64,000 bases of DNA, from assembly GCF_037042905.1 (NCBI RefSeq), contig NC_087245.1, forward strand, positions 30,382,001 to 30,446,000, written 5' to 3'. Origin of the DNA: Lytechinus pictus (lineage: Eukaryota). The notes below the pieces were generated by a model. It was not told the DNA's origin. It ran no database searches and saw only the letters and a program-made list of their open reading frames with translations. Positions 43,382 to 56,400 of this stretch are shown in pieces. How positions within the stretch are numbered: the stretch's first letter is position 1; the number at the start of each line of letters is the position of its first letter. Position numbers and translations under genes: made by a program.

Positions 43382-44505
43382 GTCAGACTCAGAAACTTTT
43401 ATTCACTCAATTTCAAATCTCTTTCTCACTCTCAGTTCACATATTATAATCTAAATCATAAAATACCGAATGGAAGGCAAGACCAAGTTAAGTAAGAAAA
43501 AAAAATGAGTAGATTCTAGGCCTACAACTTTACAGTTCATTGTCATATTCGATAATCATAATTTGAGATTGACATGATTGAGAGCATGGATACTAATTAT
43601 TTATTGTAGCATTACGAGGCGCTAGACAGCTGGCAGCCGTCTGTTTTGAGGAGTTTTTTAATATTTTCAATTTGTTTTCTCCTCGTACACAGACCTTGAC
43701 AGACGGTTCGCGATCGTGCAGCCGCCATAAGAGGGTTAACAATGCAAAATCCGTCCCAACGGGGCTCATCAAATTTTGTCTTTCTGCTGATTTGACTCAC
43801 TTCGCAGTGACGTATGAGGCGCTGTTTCTAGTTATAATAATTAGTCTATTTGCATACAATTCACATTTTTGTTGAAAATAATTTAAAAGTAACAAAAAAT
43901 GTTATTTAATAGCTTACTATTACTAAGCAAGGTATATTCAATTGATTTGCAAGTAACTTGAAGGAAAATGCTGACTTGAATAAATAGAGAAAAATCAAAG
44001 TAGCATAGTGCTGAAAATGTTATCAAAATCGGATGTAAGATAAGAAAGTTATGACATTTTTAATAAAGTTTCGCTTATTTTTCACAAAACAGTGATATTA
44101 ACAGTAGGCCTGGGACGAATACCCTTTTTGCCATTCGATTGTTTGCCAGAGTAAACAATCGATTAGTTGGATTAATCGAGATTCCTGGAATATCAGAAAT
44201 CACACACACAAAAGTTGACCTACTTCCATGACCTACGGGTAGCTGCGCTAACTGGTATGATGGGAGTGGAACTTGGAATAAATGCATTGTATGTACATAC
44301 AAGGAACATGTACTTGCTCATTTATCCCGCCCTCACTGCACACAATGAACGAATAGCAAAGGAGATTGAGAACTGTGCGTGACCGCTATATGGTGCATGG
44401 ATGTGTTGTATGTATTTATAGCTATGCTTGCACTTGCTCTGGTATGTCATAAATCCTGCCCATGAGTGCACACAATGGACGAATAACAAGGAGTTTGAGA
44501 ACTAT

Positions 44506-45527
44506 CAGAGATGCCAACCCTCCCGATTTCATCGGGAGGCTCCCGAAAATTCATCCCAACTCCCGCCCTTACGATTACCATCCTTATCCTCCCGAAATTA
44601 CGATTTTTTTTGCATTGATCAAATTGGATTGGAAGTACATGTATCGTCTGCTGACTTAAGCATGTAGTAACTCCATTACGTTTCGCTGCTACTAAATTCT
44701 GTGTGAAAGGCAGACAAATAAGGAGCAGCGAAAAGCTGGTGCATGTGATATGCCCAACGGGAATCCACTGTGCACCAGGCCGGTAGGCCCGGCTAGCTTC
44801 GCGAGGCGTGTGCGCTCGCGGCCGCTGGATTTGTCGAGTCGTGCGATGGAATATCGGTGTGTGATTTCGGCGTATTGATGGGTTGATATTGACACGAAAT
44901 GGCGGAAAATCAACAAAAAAAGACCAAGAAATGGTCTCAGAAGTATAAGACTGAATACAGTCTCCAGTACCCGTGTATTCGGAAGTCGGAAAGAGGAATC
45001 TACCATGCATTTTGCACAATTTGCAGCGTGGACATTAAAGTTGAGCACGGAGGTCGTGATGATATTCGGAAGCGCAAACGGCATACTGACATTGCGAAGA
45101 CGAGATCTTCGAGCTCCACTAGTACCCTGTTGACTTATTTCACCAAGCAAGGGACCAGCGAGGAGGAAGACGTTACCCGCGCTTTAATAATAAAGAGGAT
45201 AATTCCTCATTATTATAGTTGAACAGGTACTTTTCTTCTATTGTCCCCTCATTTTTTTACATGTAAAATGCATATTTGATATTTTTATTTTTATGTCAAA
45301 AAAGTGGGAACAATGTTTTTTTAAAAACATGTGAAATGCTCCAAAATAAGGGTCAGATTGCACCAGAGAGCATCTAGAAACCCAGAGCTTCCAGGGCCCT
45401 AAGGCGGGCCCTCGACCCCGGCCGCAAGGGTCGAGCGCTCCGCGCTCGAGATGTGCGCTACGCGCACATAATTTGGTGTCGGTTGCAAATCCTCCCTAAT
45501 TCTGATTTCAAAAAGTTGGCATCTCTG
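44506..45527 (+). mobile_element. Nested hAT deletion derivative
   Basis: TIR cagagatgccaac / gttggcatctctg; flanking duplication GAACTAT; carries a transposase N-terminal remnant. Confidence 0.82.
44899..45222 (+). pseudogene. Truncated hAT transposase N-terminus (zinc-finger remnant)
   Basis: QKYKTEYSLQYPCIRKS..HAFCTICSVDIKVEHGGRDDIRK.KRH resembles the BED/TTF-type zinc finger at hAT transposase N-termini; no catalytic domain; lies inside TIRs. Confidence 0.7.
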
Positions 45528-47006
45528 GAACTATGTGCGTGACCTCTAGAATGCATGGATGTGTTGTATGTATGTATTCCGTATGTTAGTATATGAACAT
45601 ACATGTAGGTCCCGCCCATGAGTCCATTCCAAGAACGAATAGCAAAGGAGATTGAGAACTGTGCGTGACTGTGAATGGACGTGTTGTATGTATTGCACTG
45701 ATGCGAACGTAGATCCCGCCCACAAGCCCATTTAAAGAACGAATAGCGAAGGAGATTGAGAACTGCGCGTGACTTGGAATGGATCCTATTCGTTCAGTCA
45801 TTGGGGGAAAAGTTAGGAAAGCGCATCCGGCGGAAGGAAATGTGTCAATCAAACCCACCACGTACACGTACCCAAAGATAGAACTACTTGTGTTACGCAG
45901 AGAAGGGAATTTTGCGGGGGCCTATTTCGTGGGCGGTTCCAGTTGGTTTAATAGGCTCTGCCTCAAAACTACCTTGTACAGTGACAATGCTTTCGCGCAC
46001 GTGGTAAGTCACTGATATTGTTTGAGTGGGCGGGTATAACATAATATAGCAAGTTTGATACTGAGGTGTGGCTTCTCATGACTGATTCAGAGGATTCGCG
46101 TACAAGTTAACTATTATGACAATATGGGCGTATTTGTTAGCGCTTTTGGAATGATTATTGGGCGTGGCTGTAATCACATACAATGTATAATGAGCAAACT
46201 GAGCTCACCCGACTCAGTGTGTCCAGCACAGCGCCTATAGAGACGTACGTGCACATCAGCCCAACACATCTGAATTGTGCGTGGTCGCCGCGGCTTAGTC
46301 GTCATTGTGTGTCATGAAAGAGATACAATCTTTGGAATTCGTTAATTTTAGCAGAATTTTCATTTGATATCTTGCACTTTGTTTTCAAAAATCTAAGTTT
46401 ACAGTTATGTACTTATGATAATCGAATGTTTCAAATCAGTAATCATCATCTGGCGAACATTCGATAAGTGTAAACAGTAACATTCGAGTGCCGATTGTTG
46501 GCAAACTGATCGAATGCTTCGATGGATCGAATTTTACTCCCAGGCCTAATTAACAGCTAGTTGAGTCAATCGATGATGTCCATCACTCACTATTTCTTTT
46601 GTTTTTTATTGTTTGAATTATACAATATTTCATCTTTTATAGATTTGACAATAAGGACCAACTTGACTGAACCATATAGTATTAGACAATGCTAATTCCA
46701 CATGTTCAGGGAGGAATTAATTGCTGTATCACTTGACAATGAGAAAATTCGAATATTTCATATAATCAAATACAAAAGAAATAGTGAGTGATGTCATCAC
46801 TTCCCTCATTTGCATACCAACCAGGATGTGCATATAACTGTTTTGTGAAATTAAGCGAAAATTTAAAATGTCATAACTTTCTTATTTTACATCCGATTTT
46901 GATGACATTTTCAGTGTTATGCTTGTTGGATTTTTCTCTTTTTATTCAAATCAACTTTTTGTTGGGGTGGACTTGTCCTTTAAATTTTCAGGAATAAACT
47001 GTTTAA

Positions 47007-47267
<261 letters not shown>

Positions 47268-47481
47268 TAACAACACCGAGTCATGAAGATATTTAATGTT
47301 CTTGTCTTCTTTTCTCATTTTAGCATTGATTGTAAGGAATAAATTTGTTTTTCATTTATGTAGGTCTAATAACTTTATTTATACAGCATGCTTAAATGGA
47401 CATGTTGGTTTAAAGTCGAGATTCATGACCAGTCAAATTTCTCGTATGACTAGCCGTTGCATTTTTCCCCATTTTATACAG

Positions 47482-47600
47482 GTTGTCACAGACGAAAACG
47501 GTGTCAACAAAGGTTATGGATTTGTTCACTTTGAAACCCAAGAAGCAGCCAATAAAGCCATTGAAAAGGTTAATGGCATGTTGCTGAATGGAAAGAAAGT
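47482..47600 (+). CDS. PABPC1: PABPC coding exon 3 (RRM2)
   Basis: Acceptor ttttatacag|; [39 protein letters not shown](V), with RNP1 KGYGFVHF; donor GT|gtaagt (phase 2). Confidence 0.96.
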
Positions 47601-47912
47601 GTAAGTAGAAGGAAATATCATCGTCCGATCAGGGACTTTTGTAGAGAGCTAATCTTTTGGTGGTATATTTCAGATTATCTAGTCTTTTGCTTCACATGAA
47701 GATAACATAAAATCATTAGGTATCATAATTGTATGTATTTTCTCTTCCCCCCCCCTTTTTTTTTGGTCTCATCTCACAATTGTCTATCAGAATATTCATG
47801 GATCCTTTGCCTCAGTTCTTGACCTACATGTAATGCTAAATCTTTGTGAAATATTTGTTAATTTTTCCCTTGATACACTTACATATTTTTTTGTCTTGTT
47901 TTTGGTGTGTAG

Positions 47913-48144
47913 GTACGTAGGTTATTTCATCCCTCGAAAAGAACGTTTGATGCAGATGGGTGACCATCAGAAGAAATTTACCAATGTTTTCATAAAGAAC
48001 TTGGCCGAGGACATTGATGATGTCAAACTTGCTGACTTTGGTGGCCAGTATGGACCTATCCTTTCTGCCAAGATAATGTATGACGATTCCAAGAGCAAAG
48101 GTTTTGGATTCATCAGCTTTGAGAATCACGAGTCTGCAAATGAT
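47913..48144 (+). CDS. PABPC1: PABPC coding exon 4 (RRM2 end, RRM3)
   Basis: Acceptor gtgtgtag|; YVGYFIPRKERL...KFTNVFIKNL...SKSKGFGFISFENHESAND; donor GAT|gtgagt. Confidence 0.95.
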
Positions 48145-48231
48145 GTGAGTTAGGACATTAGTTGTCTATTTTTGTCCTTTTTCTTAAACCTATACATTTT
48201 TCCCATTCTGCCCACCATCCTCTATCCCCAC

Positions 48232-48393
48232 CTGGGGCCCATGGCATATAACTTTTGCCAAAAAAGATCTCTGGCAAATGAAAACAAAAACTCTGGCAAA
48301 CAAAATTATGCCATTGAAAATTACTCGTTAAAAAAGTCTGGCAAAAAATTTGCCAGAGTTTTTTATGGCAACAATTTTATGCAACGGGTCCCA
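48232..48393. mobile_element. Small MITE (Harbinger-like)
   Basis: ctggggcccatggcata / tatgcaacgggtcccag; internal tggcaaa/ttgcca repeats. Confidence 0.55.
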
Positions 48394-48849
48394 GGAGCCT
48401 TCTCTTCTTTTTTTCCCCCCATTTACTTCAGTAGCTCCATTTACTTGTACATGTAGTTTAGTAAATTAGTACTTTGTATTTAATGTTGGTGTTAATACCG
48501 TATATTGTCAACTGAACTGAGCATCACAGTTAGTGTTCTATTAGTTTATTTTCCCAATTAACCAATTTTATGTCAGAGAAATTTGGGAGGTGCGAGTTTA
48601 ATGTTGGTGATGGTGTTTGCCTTCTCAAGCCACTGATGTTTAGTGTAAAAATCATTGGCTCTAACTTAATGAAAGAATGAAAACGTTCGGGCATTATCAG
48701 CTTTTACAGTAGAGAAAGGCGCTAATCATAAAATGCATTTTAATGAGTAATGATTTAAAAACAATGTCAAATTCAAGCATCCATCATTTTCTCCTTTTCA
48801 ATGTTCAAGAAATCTATTTACGTCATCTCTCTTTTTTTCTGGTATGTAG

Positions 48850-48966
48850 TTTGTCAACACTATAAATGGCTCAGAGGTGAACGGCAGGACCTTGTATGCT
48901 GGCCGTGCTCAGAAGAAGGCAGAAAGGGCTGCAGAACTCAAAGCCAGATTTGAGGCATTGAAACAG
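48850..48966 (+). CDS. PABPC1: PABPC coding exon 5 (RRM3 end)
   Basis: Acceptor ggtatgtag|; FVNTINGSEVNGRTLYAGRAQKKAERAAELKARFEALKQ; donor CAG|gtatgt; 117 nt, in frame. Confidence 0.92.
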
Positions 48967-49261
48967 GTATGTAAATGTAAAGATAGCCAATCCCTCCTTT
49001 CCAGTTTCTTTCTTTATGAACTCTACAAAAAAAAATGGGCAAAGATGACAATTTTGAAGAAATGTATTTATGCTTCCTTTTAAAAAGGAAACAAAACTCT
49101 GTAGTGGGGGCAGTGATACTAAGTTATGACCTGATTTCACAAATTAGAATGTGTATGATACTGATATATTCAATTCCAACTTACAGGGATTTATGGAATG
49201 AGAATTGCTAGTATGTACATGTATCAAATTAGTGCAATGTTTCGCTGAAATGCCTCGTACA

Positions 49262-49600
49262 CACTAGCGTACCTACGGGGGGGGGGGGGCAGGGGGGGCA
49301 CTCTGCCCCCCCTGACGAGTCAAAACCCATGCAAAAACGTATCTTTGCTCCCCCCTGACGGGCTTGAAAAACCTTTTTTGCCCCCCCTGACAAGCTTTAA
49401 GACCTTCAATGCACCCCTGACGAACTTGAAGAAGACCTTTTTTTTTTTTTTTGCTTGTCAATTTTTTTCTGGTACGAAATCCTTTATTTGTGATCGAAGA
49501 CCTTTTTTTTTTTTTTTTTTTTTGCTTGTCATTTTTTGCTTGTCAAATTTTTTGGCGGACGGTTTTGCCCCCCCTGTGGAAAATCCTAGGTACACCACTG
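49262..49600. mobile_element. hAT-like poly-G/poly-C MITE
   Basis: CTCGTACA|cactagcgtaccta ... taggtacaccactg|CTCGTACA (8-bp TSD); related to the partial element at 19764-20020. Confidence 0.85.
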
Positions 49601-50101
49601 CTCGTACACAAAGGTTAATCACTAAATGAGACCATTGTTGCATGTGCATTTTGCTCCGCAGACTGACTTTGAACCAATCAAAATTATTCATTCAGAATTA
49701 GTGATTGATTGCTAACCCTCGTGTTACAGGGCCCTGGTAGGGAAATTATAAGACAATAGTGAACTTGGATTCAACATTGTCTTCAATATGATTTCAATTT
49801 ATCTTGTCTCTCTGTGGCAGGACTATTGTTTTAGAAATCACATTTCTGGCTTCATTCTGAAATGATGCCTAAAGATTTCCCCATCATATGATCAGGCGAT
49901 AGATTGTATTTGCAGGGAAATTTGAATAGCACTTTCTTATATTACAGCAAAAGTGAGACTAATTACAAAGGGCAGAACAAAAATCATCAAGGGAAATCAA
50001 AAGGCCCGCCATGGTCCTGGCTTTTGACTAATTTAACCCCTGTATATTCATATTGTATTTTGATGATTGAAGTTACTTTCTTTTATTGCCTTGGTGTATA
50101 G

Positions 50102-50251
<150 letters not shown>

Positions 50252-50367
50252 TGATAATCTATTATAATGCTTGACACAATGGTCATTTAGCGAGAAGTAC
50301 AGAAGTCTGTATAAGTCGACCTGCCATGAGTGGAATAATCTCTGACTCAAGGGCATTATTTCAGACC

Positions 50368-51499
50368 TGGGGGTGTTTCACAAAGATTTCAGTATGACCC
50401 AGAGTCGCACTTAAGTGTCTAGTTGCGTACGGTATAAAAGGCATGTCTGCATTGGTCAGATCATGCCTAGGGACAGTGATTTTCCGCGATCGCGGAAAAC
50501 GGACGGAATCCACGGAAATGGCCTTTTGAAACGGAAAGGGGCATTTCAAACGGAAAATCACAGAAAACATATTTTTCCTCAGAATACACAGAACAGCAAC
50601 ATAAATTACTCCAAAATCTCAACAAAATACTAATATTGAATGGCCACAAAACCTCACAAAACACGATCTCACTTCACTACAATCCACACATCGTGACTGC
50701 TCTTCATTCCATCACACTCGATTGTACCCCTCGCCCTGGTCCTTCCTGGCCGCGCTGGCAGGGTACGATCGATGGACGTATCGAAAACATTCACATGCAG
50801 ATGTTGTTTGAAGGTTTGCATGGTGGCAAGTACAATCGCTGATGTGGTTTACGGTACACCATGTGGAGTGAAGAAGAGAAGAAATGGATAGGCGAGAAAG
50901 TGGAGATTTGAGAGTAGAGTATTCTTTCTTGAAAGTAGTCCTGAAAAGGACTGTAAACCAGGAAAGATTGATGAGTTGAGAACAGCTTGAGTAGTAGAGC
51001 TAATGAGGAGATGCTGGCTTGAGTCGGCGAGTAGAGATGATGAGTAGTAGAGACTCGCCGACTCAAGCCAGCATCTCCTCATTAGCTCTACTCAAGCTGT
51101 TCTCAACTCATCAATCTTTCCTGGTTTACAGTCCTTTTCAGGACTACTTTCAAGAAAGAATACTCTACTCTCAAATCTCCACTCTCTCGCCTATCCATTT
51201 CTTCTATCCACTGTTTCTATAACACTCCACATGGTGTACCGTAAACCACATCAGCGATTCACATGCAGGTCGTGTGTTGCTGCCCTCTACGTTTGAAGAT
51301 GTAACAGCACGATCTTGAAATGGAATTTCCGTTTTCTGACATGCTGAAACGGAATTTAAGATTTTATTAAACGGAAAATCACTGTCCCTACATGCCAAGA
51401 GGACGCGTATTACTGTGTACTGATCAATAAGATTGCACATTGCATTTCATGTACGCGTCGGCATTTAAGTGCGACTTAAATCTTTGTGAAATGCCCCCC
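50368..51499. mobile_element. Three-level nest: Harbinger-like MITE > 6-bp-TSD TIR element (50468-51390) > Penelope-like fragment
   Basis: Outer ggggtgtttcacaaagattt / aaatctttgtgaaatgcccc; middle tagggacagtgattttccg / cggaaaatcactgtcccta with CATGCC duplication. Confidence 0.78.
50801..51256. mobile_element. Penelope-like retroelement fold-back insertion (PABPC intron 6)
   Basis: 12-bp TSD ATTCACATGCAG (50789-50800, 51257-51268); 34-nt tail 50801-50834; ~200-bp inverted arms 50835-51032 and 51053-51257; homologous to 19207-19626. Confidence 0.82.
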
Positions 51500-51916
51500 A
51501 GAATATGCAAACGGGTTAAAAGCTTCACAGTCAAGTTTTGGCTATGTCAAATAGATTTCTGTGGTCCCAAGAGTTAAGATAGAGGCAGTCACCTGTACCT
51601 CCTCTGCCGTCATAGCACATCATAATGTATTTAAAGTTCCACTTTGCTATTACTAAAGTTTATGGAATTAAAACTTGTAGAATTCTTGGTTAATTTGATG
51701 TAGGTAAGTTTAGTTATGAAATCAAAAGTTTACCTCATTTTCATTCAGATATGAGACCATGATTGATGTTATTCTAGTACTGAAAATTGCTTGAATCTGT
51801 CAACTATTCCAAAGTTATCATCTATTAGTTTTGTACTTATGAGGCCCTTGGCTTAGGGTTGACAATATTCACATTCACTATACTTTATTAGATTTTAACC
51901 AGCCACTGTCTGATAA

Positions 51917-52496
<580 letters not shown>

Positions 52497-55061
52497 CAGG
52501 GTGCGACATAAGCGCTTGCCCGATTGCCCGGGGCAAGTAAAAGTTAGAGTCGGGCAAGTGTTTTGAAGCAAAGACAAAAACTGCTTGCCCGAATCGGGAA
52601 AGCAAAATTCTCCTATAGATTCCCCATATTTCACCATCAAAATATAGAAAAGAAAAAGAGACAAAAAAAAGCAATATCATTAATTTCTTCTTTCAAAGAA
52701 GTTTATAATTCAAATTGCAAAATTTGCGCCATTTTCTGCAATAAACACACAGCTCAGAGACGTACACACACACACACAGAATCAATGGCAGTCTAGCACA
52801 CCTAGCTAGCTAGCGCCTAGTCCACGCAGCCGATGCATGCAGTTAAGTTTCTACGGAGTACAGTGCTGCACGAACGAAGTTTGCTCTGGAAGAAATCTCT
52901 CACAGAACTGTCAAAATTCACATTTCTTACCAAAGAAAATTCTTGTAATGTCCATATTTCCTAAAGATTGGGGTAGCTCTGTCATTTGTAAGCAGTAAAA
53001 GGAGAAATTTTCACTTCTGTTATGCTTAAAAAAGATCGGGTTTCGAATGATCGCCTGTATCGCACACACTGAAATACATTGTTTGACAGTCCCACATATG
53101 CATTTGTGTGTATGTTGATAAACGTGGTTTCTTTCGTAACTATTTTTTTTTGCCAAGGAAATTGATAAATTTTCTTCTTTATTTATGACTGGATAGTTTG
53201 AGCTTTCTTCCTCTCTATTTTCTTTCTTTCTGCCTATCTTTCCTTCTTTTGAATCTCTTTATTTCTTTAAATTTCCTTCCTTCTTTTGTTCATTTTTTCT
53301 GTTACTATAGCTGTCTTTCTTTTTGTCATTCTTTTCTTTCTACCTTTTTTTCTTTCTTCCTTCCATCCAACCTTTGTTTACCTCCTTCTTTAATCCTTCA
53401 TTCTTTTTCCCCTTCCTTTCATTCTTTCTTACTGTCTTTCTTCCGTCCATCCATTCTTTACCTTTTCTTCCTGTCTTTTTTTTCTTCCTTACTTTCTTCA
53501 TCCCTTTCATTATTTTCTTTCTTTATTTCTTTCCTTCCTTTCTTTTTGTCTTTCATTCTTTCTTTCTCCTTTCTTTCTTTCCTTCTTTCTTTCTTTATTT
53601 CTGTCTTTCGTTCTTTTGATCTTTCCTTTTTCCATCCATCCTTTTCTTCCTAATTTCCTTCAGCAAGAAACTTATCCACAGTGTGCTGCACTCAACCCAG
53701 GTGAGGTAAATGGGTACCGGTAGGAAGTAATTCCTTAAAAAGCTGTGTGCGCTATGAACGCCTAGCTTAGCCGGGTAATATAGGAGCGCCTTGAGCACCT
53801 AACAAGGTGGATATGTGCGCAATATAAATACCCTATATTATTATTATTATTATTCCTTATTTTTTCTTTCTGCCTTCCTTCGTCCCTTTCCTTCATTTCT
53901 TTCTGTCTTTCGTTGTATCTTTCTTTTCTTTTTTCCCTTCCTTCCATCTATCCTTGTACCTTTTCTTTCTACCTATCTTCCTTCTTTCCTTTCTCTCATT
54001 TTTTTTTCTTTCTCTTTTCCTTCCTTCCATCAATCCTTTACCTTTTTTCCTTTCTTTCTTCCTTTCTTTCTTTTTACCTTTTTTCTTTCATTTTCTTTTT
54101 TATTCGTTCCTTTCTTTCCTTCCTTTCTCTTCCCCTCAGTTTTTTTCTTTGTTTCCTTCCTTCTTTCTTTCTTTCTTTCTTTCTTTCCTTCTTTCTTTCT
54201 GATTTTCTTTTTTTTTGTCTTTTGTTCTTTTGATCTTTTTTTTTTTCCATCCATCCTTTCTTTTCTTCCTTATTTTTTCTTTCTGTCTTTCGTTGTATCT
54301 TTCTTTTTTTTTTCCCTTCCTTCCATCTATCCTTATACCTTTTCTTTCTTCCTTCTTTCCTTTCTCTCATTTTCTTTCTTTCCCTTTTCCTTCCTTTCTG
54401 TTTACCTTTTTTCTTTCTTGTTTTTCTTTTATTCTTTCCTTCCTTTCTCTTCCTCTCATTTTTTTTCTGTCTTTCTTTTTTCTTTCCATCCTCCTTTCCC
54501 TTCTTTCTTCCTTTCTTTCTTTCTTTCCATCTTTCCCTTCCCCGCAGCCATTCTCTCTCTCTCCTTCTTTCTTTATTTCTTTTTTTCTTCTTTTTTTCTT
54601 CCTTCCTTCCTTTATTTCTTCGTCCTTTCTGTCTTTCTTCTTACTTTTTTTCTTTCATTCTCTCCCCCTCTCTTAATATTTTTTTTTCTCTGGTTATTTC
54701 GAGTGATTTCCCCTTTTTTTATTGTGTGTCCTAGTCCCCTCCAAAATATATGAGATTAGGAAATTAATTAAAGAGCATATTTACCATTTATTTTGTCATG
54801 ATATTCAAGATAAAAATCATTAAAAAAAATAAATACAACTACAAGGTACATCAGTAGTCATGTTGAAAAATGTATTTTTAAACCGTCAATGGAATGGTAT
54901 GTAAAACTATAAGGCTATGACTTGTTTTGAAGCAATAAAACTTTGTTTTGAAGGATTTTTTCGGGCAAGTGAAATCTATATTCGGGCAAGTATTTTCAAA
55001 CTATTTGAAAATTTACTTGCCTGACTGGGCAAGTGCTTCAAAAAAGTTATGTAGCACCCTG
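52497..55061. mobile_element. hAT-like element carrying a ~1.5-kb CT-rich tract
   Basis: TCTGGAAG|cagggtgcgacataa ... ttatgtagcaccctg|TCTGGAAG (8-bp TSD); subterminal gggcaagt/cttgccc repeats; polypyrimidine tract 53200-54700. Confidence 0.85.
53651..53853 (+). mobile_element. 5'-truncated SINE sharing the central domain of the 34417-34780 SINE
   Basis: cagcaagaaa...tgtgctgcactcaacccaggtgaggtaaatgggtaccggtaggaag; different 3' tail ending (TAT)n. Confidence 0.75.
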
Positions 55062-55162
55062 TCTGGAAGCATTCAATCTTTCAGATAATAAAGCAGTGAT
55101 CAAGACATACAGGATCTATCTAGGTTCATTTGTCTTTGCCTTGTATTTTAACTCGATCTTAA

Positions 55163-55755
55163 AGAGGTACTCCAGGCTGAAAATATTCATATCTCAATAA
55201 ATAGAGTAAAATTCACAGAGCAAAATAATTTGATCAACATCGGACATAAATTTATAACAAATTTATCGAATTTTAAAGACTTGCATTATTCCGGTGAAAC
55301 AGCTCATGACATGCCTTCATGAAAATTCAAAGAGAGAGCTGAGGATTTCATATCCCCACCTGTTCTTCTGTATCTTATTATATGAAATTAGGTTTATTCA
55401 AAACTTTTTTACCAATAACTAAAACAATTTGACAACGGATTAAGTGCATTAGTTATTCATTACTGCAACTTATTTCATTTTAATGCAGACACATCACTTT
55501 ATACACGTGCATGAAAAATGAAACAAATTATGAGTTCATGTTACAACACAAGAAAAAGGAAAGTGGGGATGTGACATCATCAGCCCACCTAATGAATATT
55601 CATGATGACGTGCATATAACATGTTTCACAAGATATTTCTAATCTTTAAATTTCAATAACTTCGTTATCTGATTTTGATTAAATTTTCAGCATTTTACTC
55701 TGTGAATTTTACTCTATTTCTTTAGATATAAATATTTTCAGCTAGGAGTATCCCT
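55163..55755. mobile_element. TTAA-flanked MITE
   Basis: ttaa|agaggtactccaggctgaaaatatt ... aatattttcagctaggagtatccct|ttaa. Confidence 0.8.
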
Positions 55756-55955
55756 TTAAAGGAGATAAAAACGCAATTTGAAAACAATAATTTGTGCAAC
55801 CTCCTGTACCTGACTACAAGGTTGGGTCTTTTTAGGTCTTAGGTTTTGTGCTATGTATTAATTAGTGCAAATATGTGTATGAAAAGATTTTGTGAACTTT
55901 AATAAATGTGGCAATGCCATTCACCCCAATATTTTGTATTGAATTCTGCTAACAG

Positions 55956-56106
55956 CAAGCGAGCCAGCCGGTGAACCCAGTTTATCCAATGGCCGCCTAC
56001 CACTATGCAGCTATGCCCCAAACTCAGAGGAACATCTTCCCTGCAGGCCAGTTAGCTCAAGTCAGACATCCAAGATGGGGGCAACAGCCTCAGCAGGCTA
56101 GGACAG
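55956..56106 (+). CDS. PABPC1: PABPC coding exon 8 (linker)
   Basis: Acceptor gctaacag|; QASQPVNPVYPMAAYHYAAMPQTQRNIFPAGQLAQVRHPRWGQQPQQART, containing PABPC linker-like PQTQ and QLAQ.R.PRW motifs; donor G|gtatgg (phase 1). Confidence 0.9.
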
Positions 56107-56400
56107 GTATGGAGAATCATCAACCAAACATGTTAAAGAAATGATATTAGCTGAATTATGATGATAGTACAATGATAATAATGACCATCTACAGGGCAAC
56201 CTGTATAAGAAAATTTTTGACTGACATTCTGTTTTCAGTTAAGGGTTGAACCTGTAGTTGAAAATTTGTTTGTCCCATTTGCTCTGAAATGCCTTGAGCA
56301 AATACTTGAGCGGGAAAGTGTGCTGTATCAATCTCATGCACTATTACTGTATTACAACATTTATTTGAATGATCATTATGATAGTAGTATTAAAGATCAT

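Larger units (their letters stand above)
44105..46548. mobile_element. hAT-like non-autonomous element inserted into a TTAA-type MITE (~43958-46979)
   Basis: TIR taggcctggga / tcccaggccta; 8-bp TSD ATTAACAG (44097-44104, 46549-46556). Confidence 0.85.

Noticed and set aside
53198..54753. Long F/L/S-rich ORFs (up to 312 aa) and K/E/R-rich antisense ORFs
   Set aside because: Artefacts of a CT low-complexity tract that lacks stop codons.
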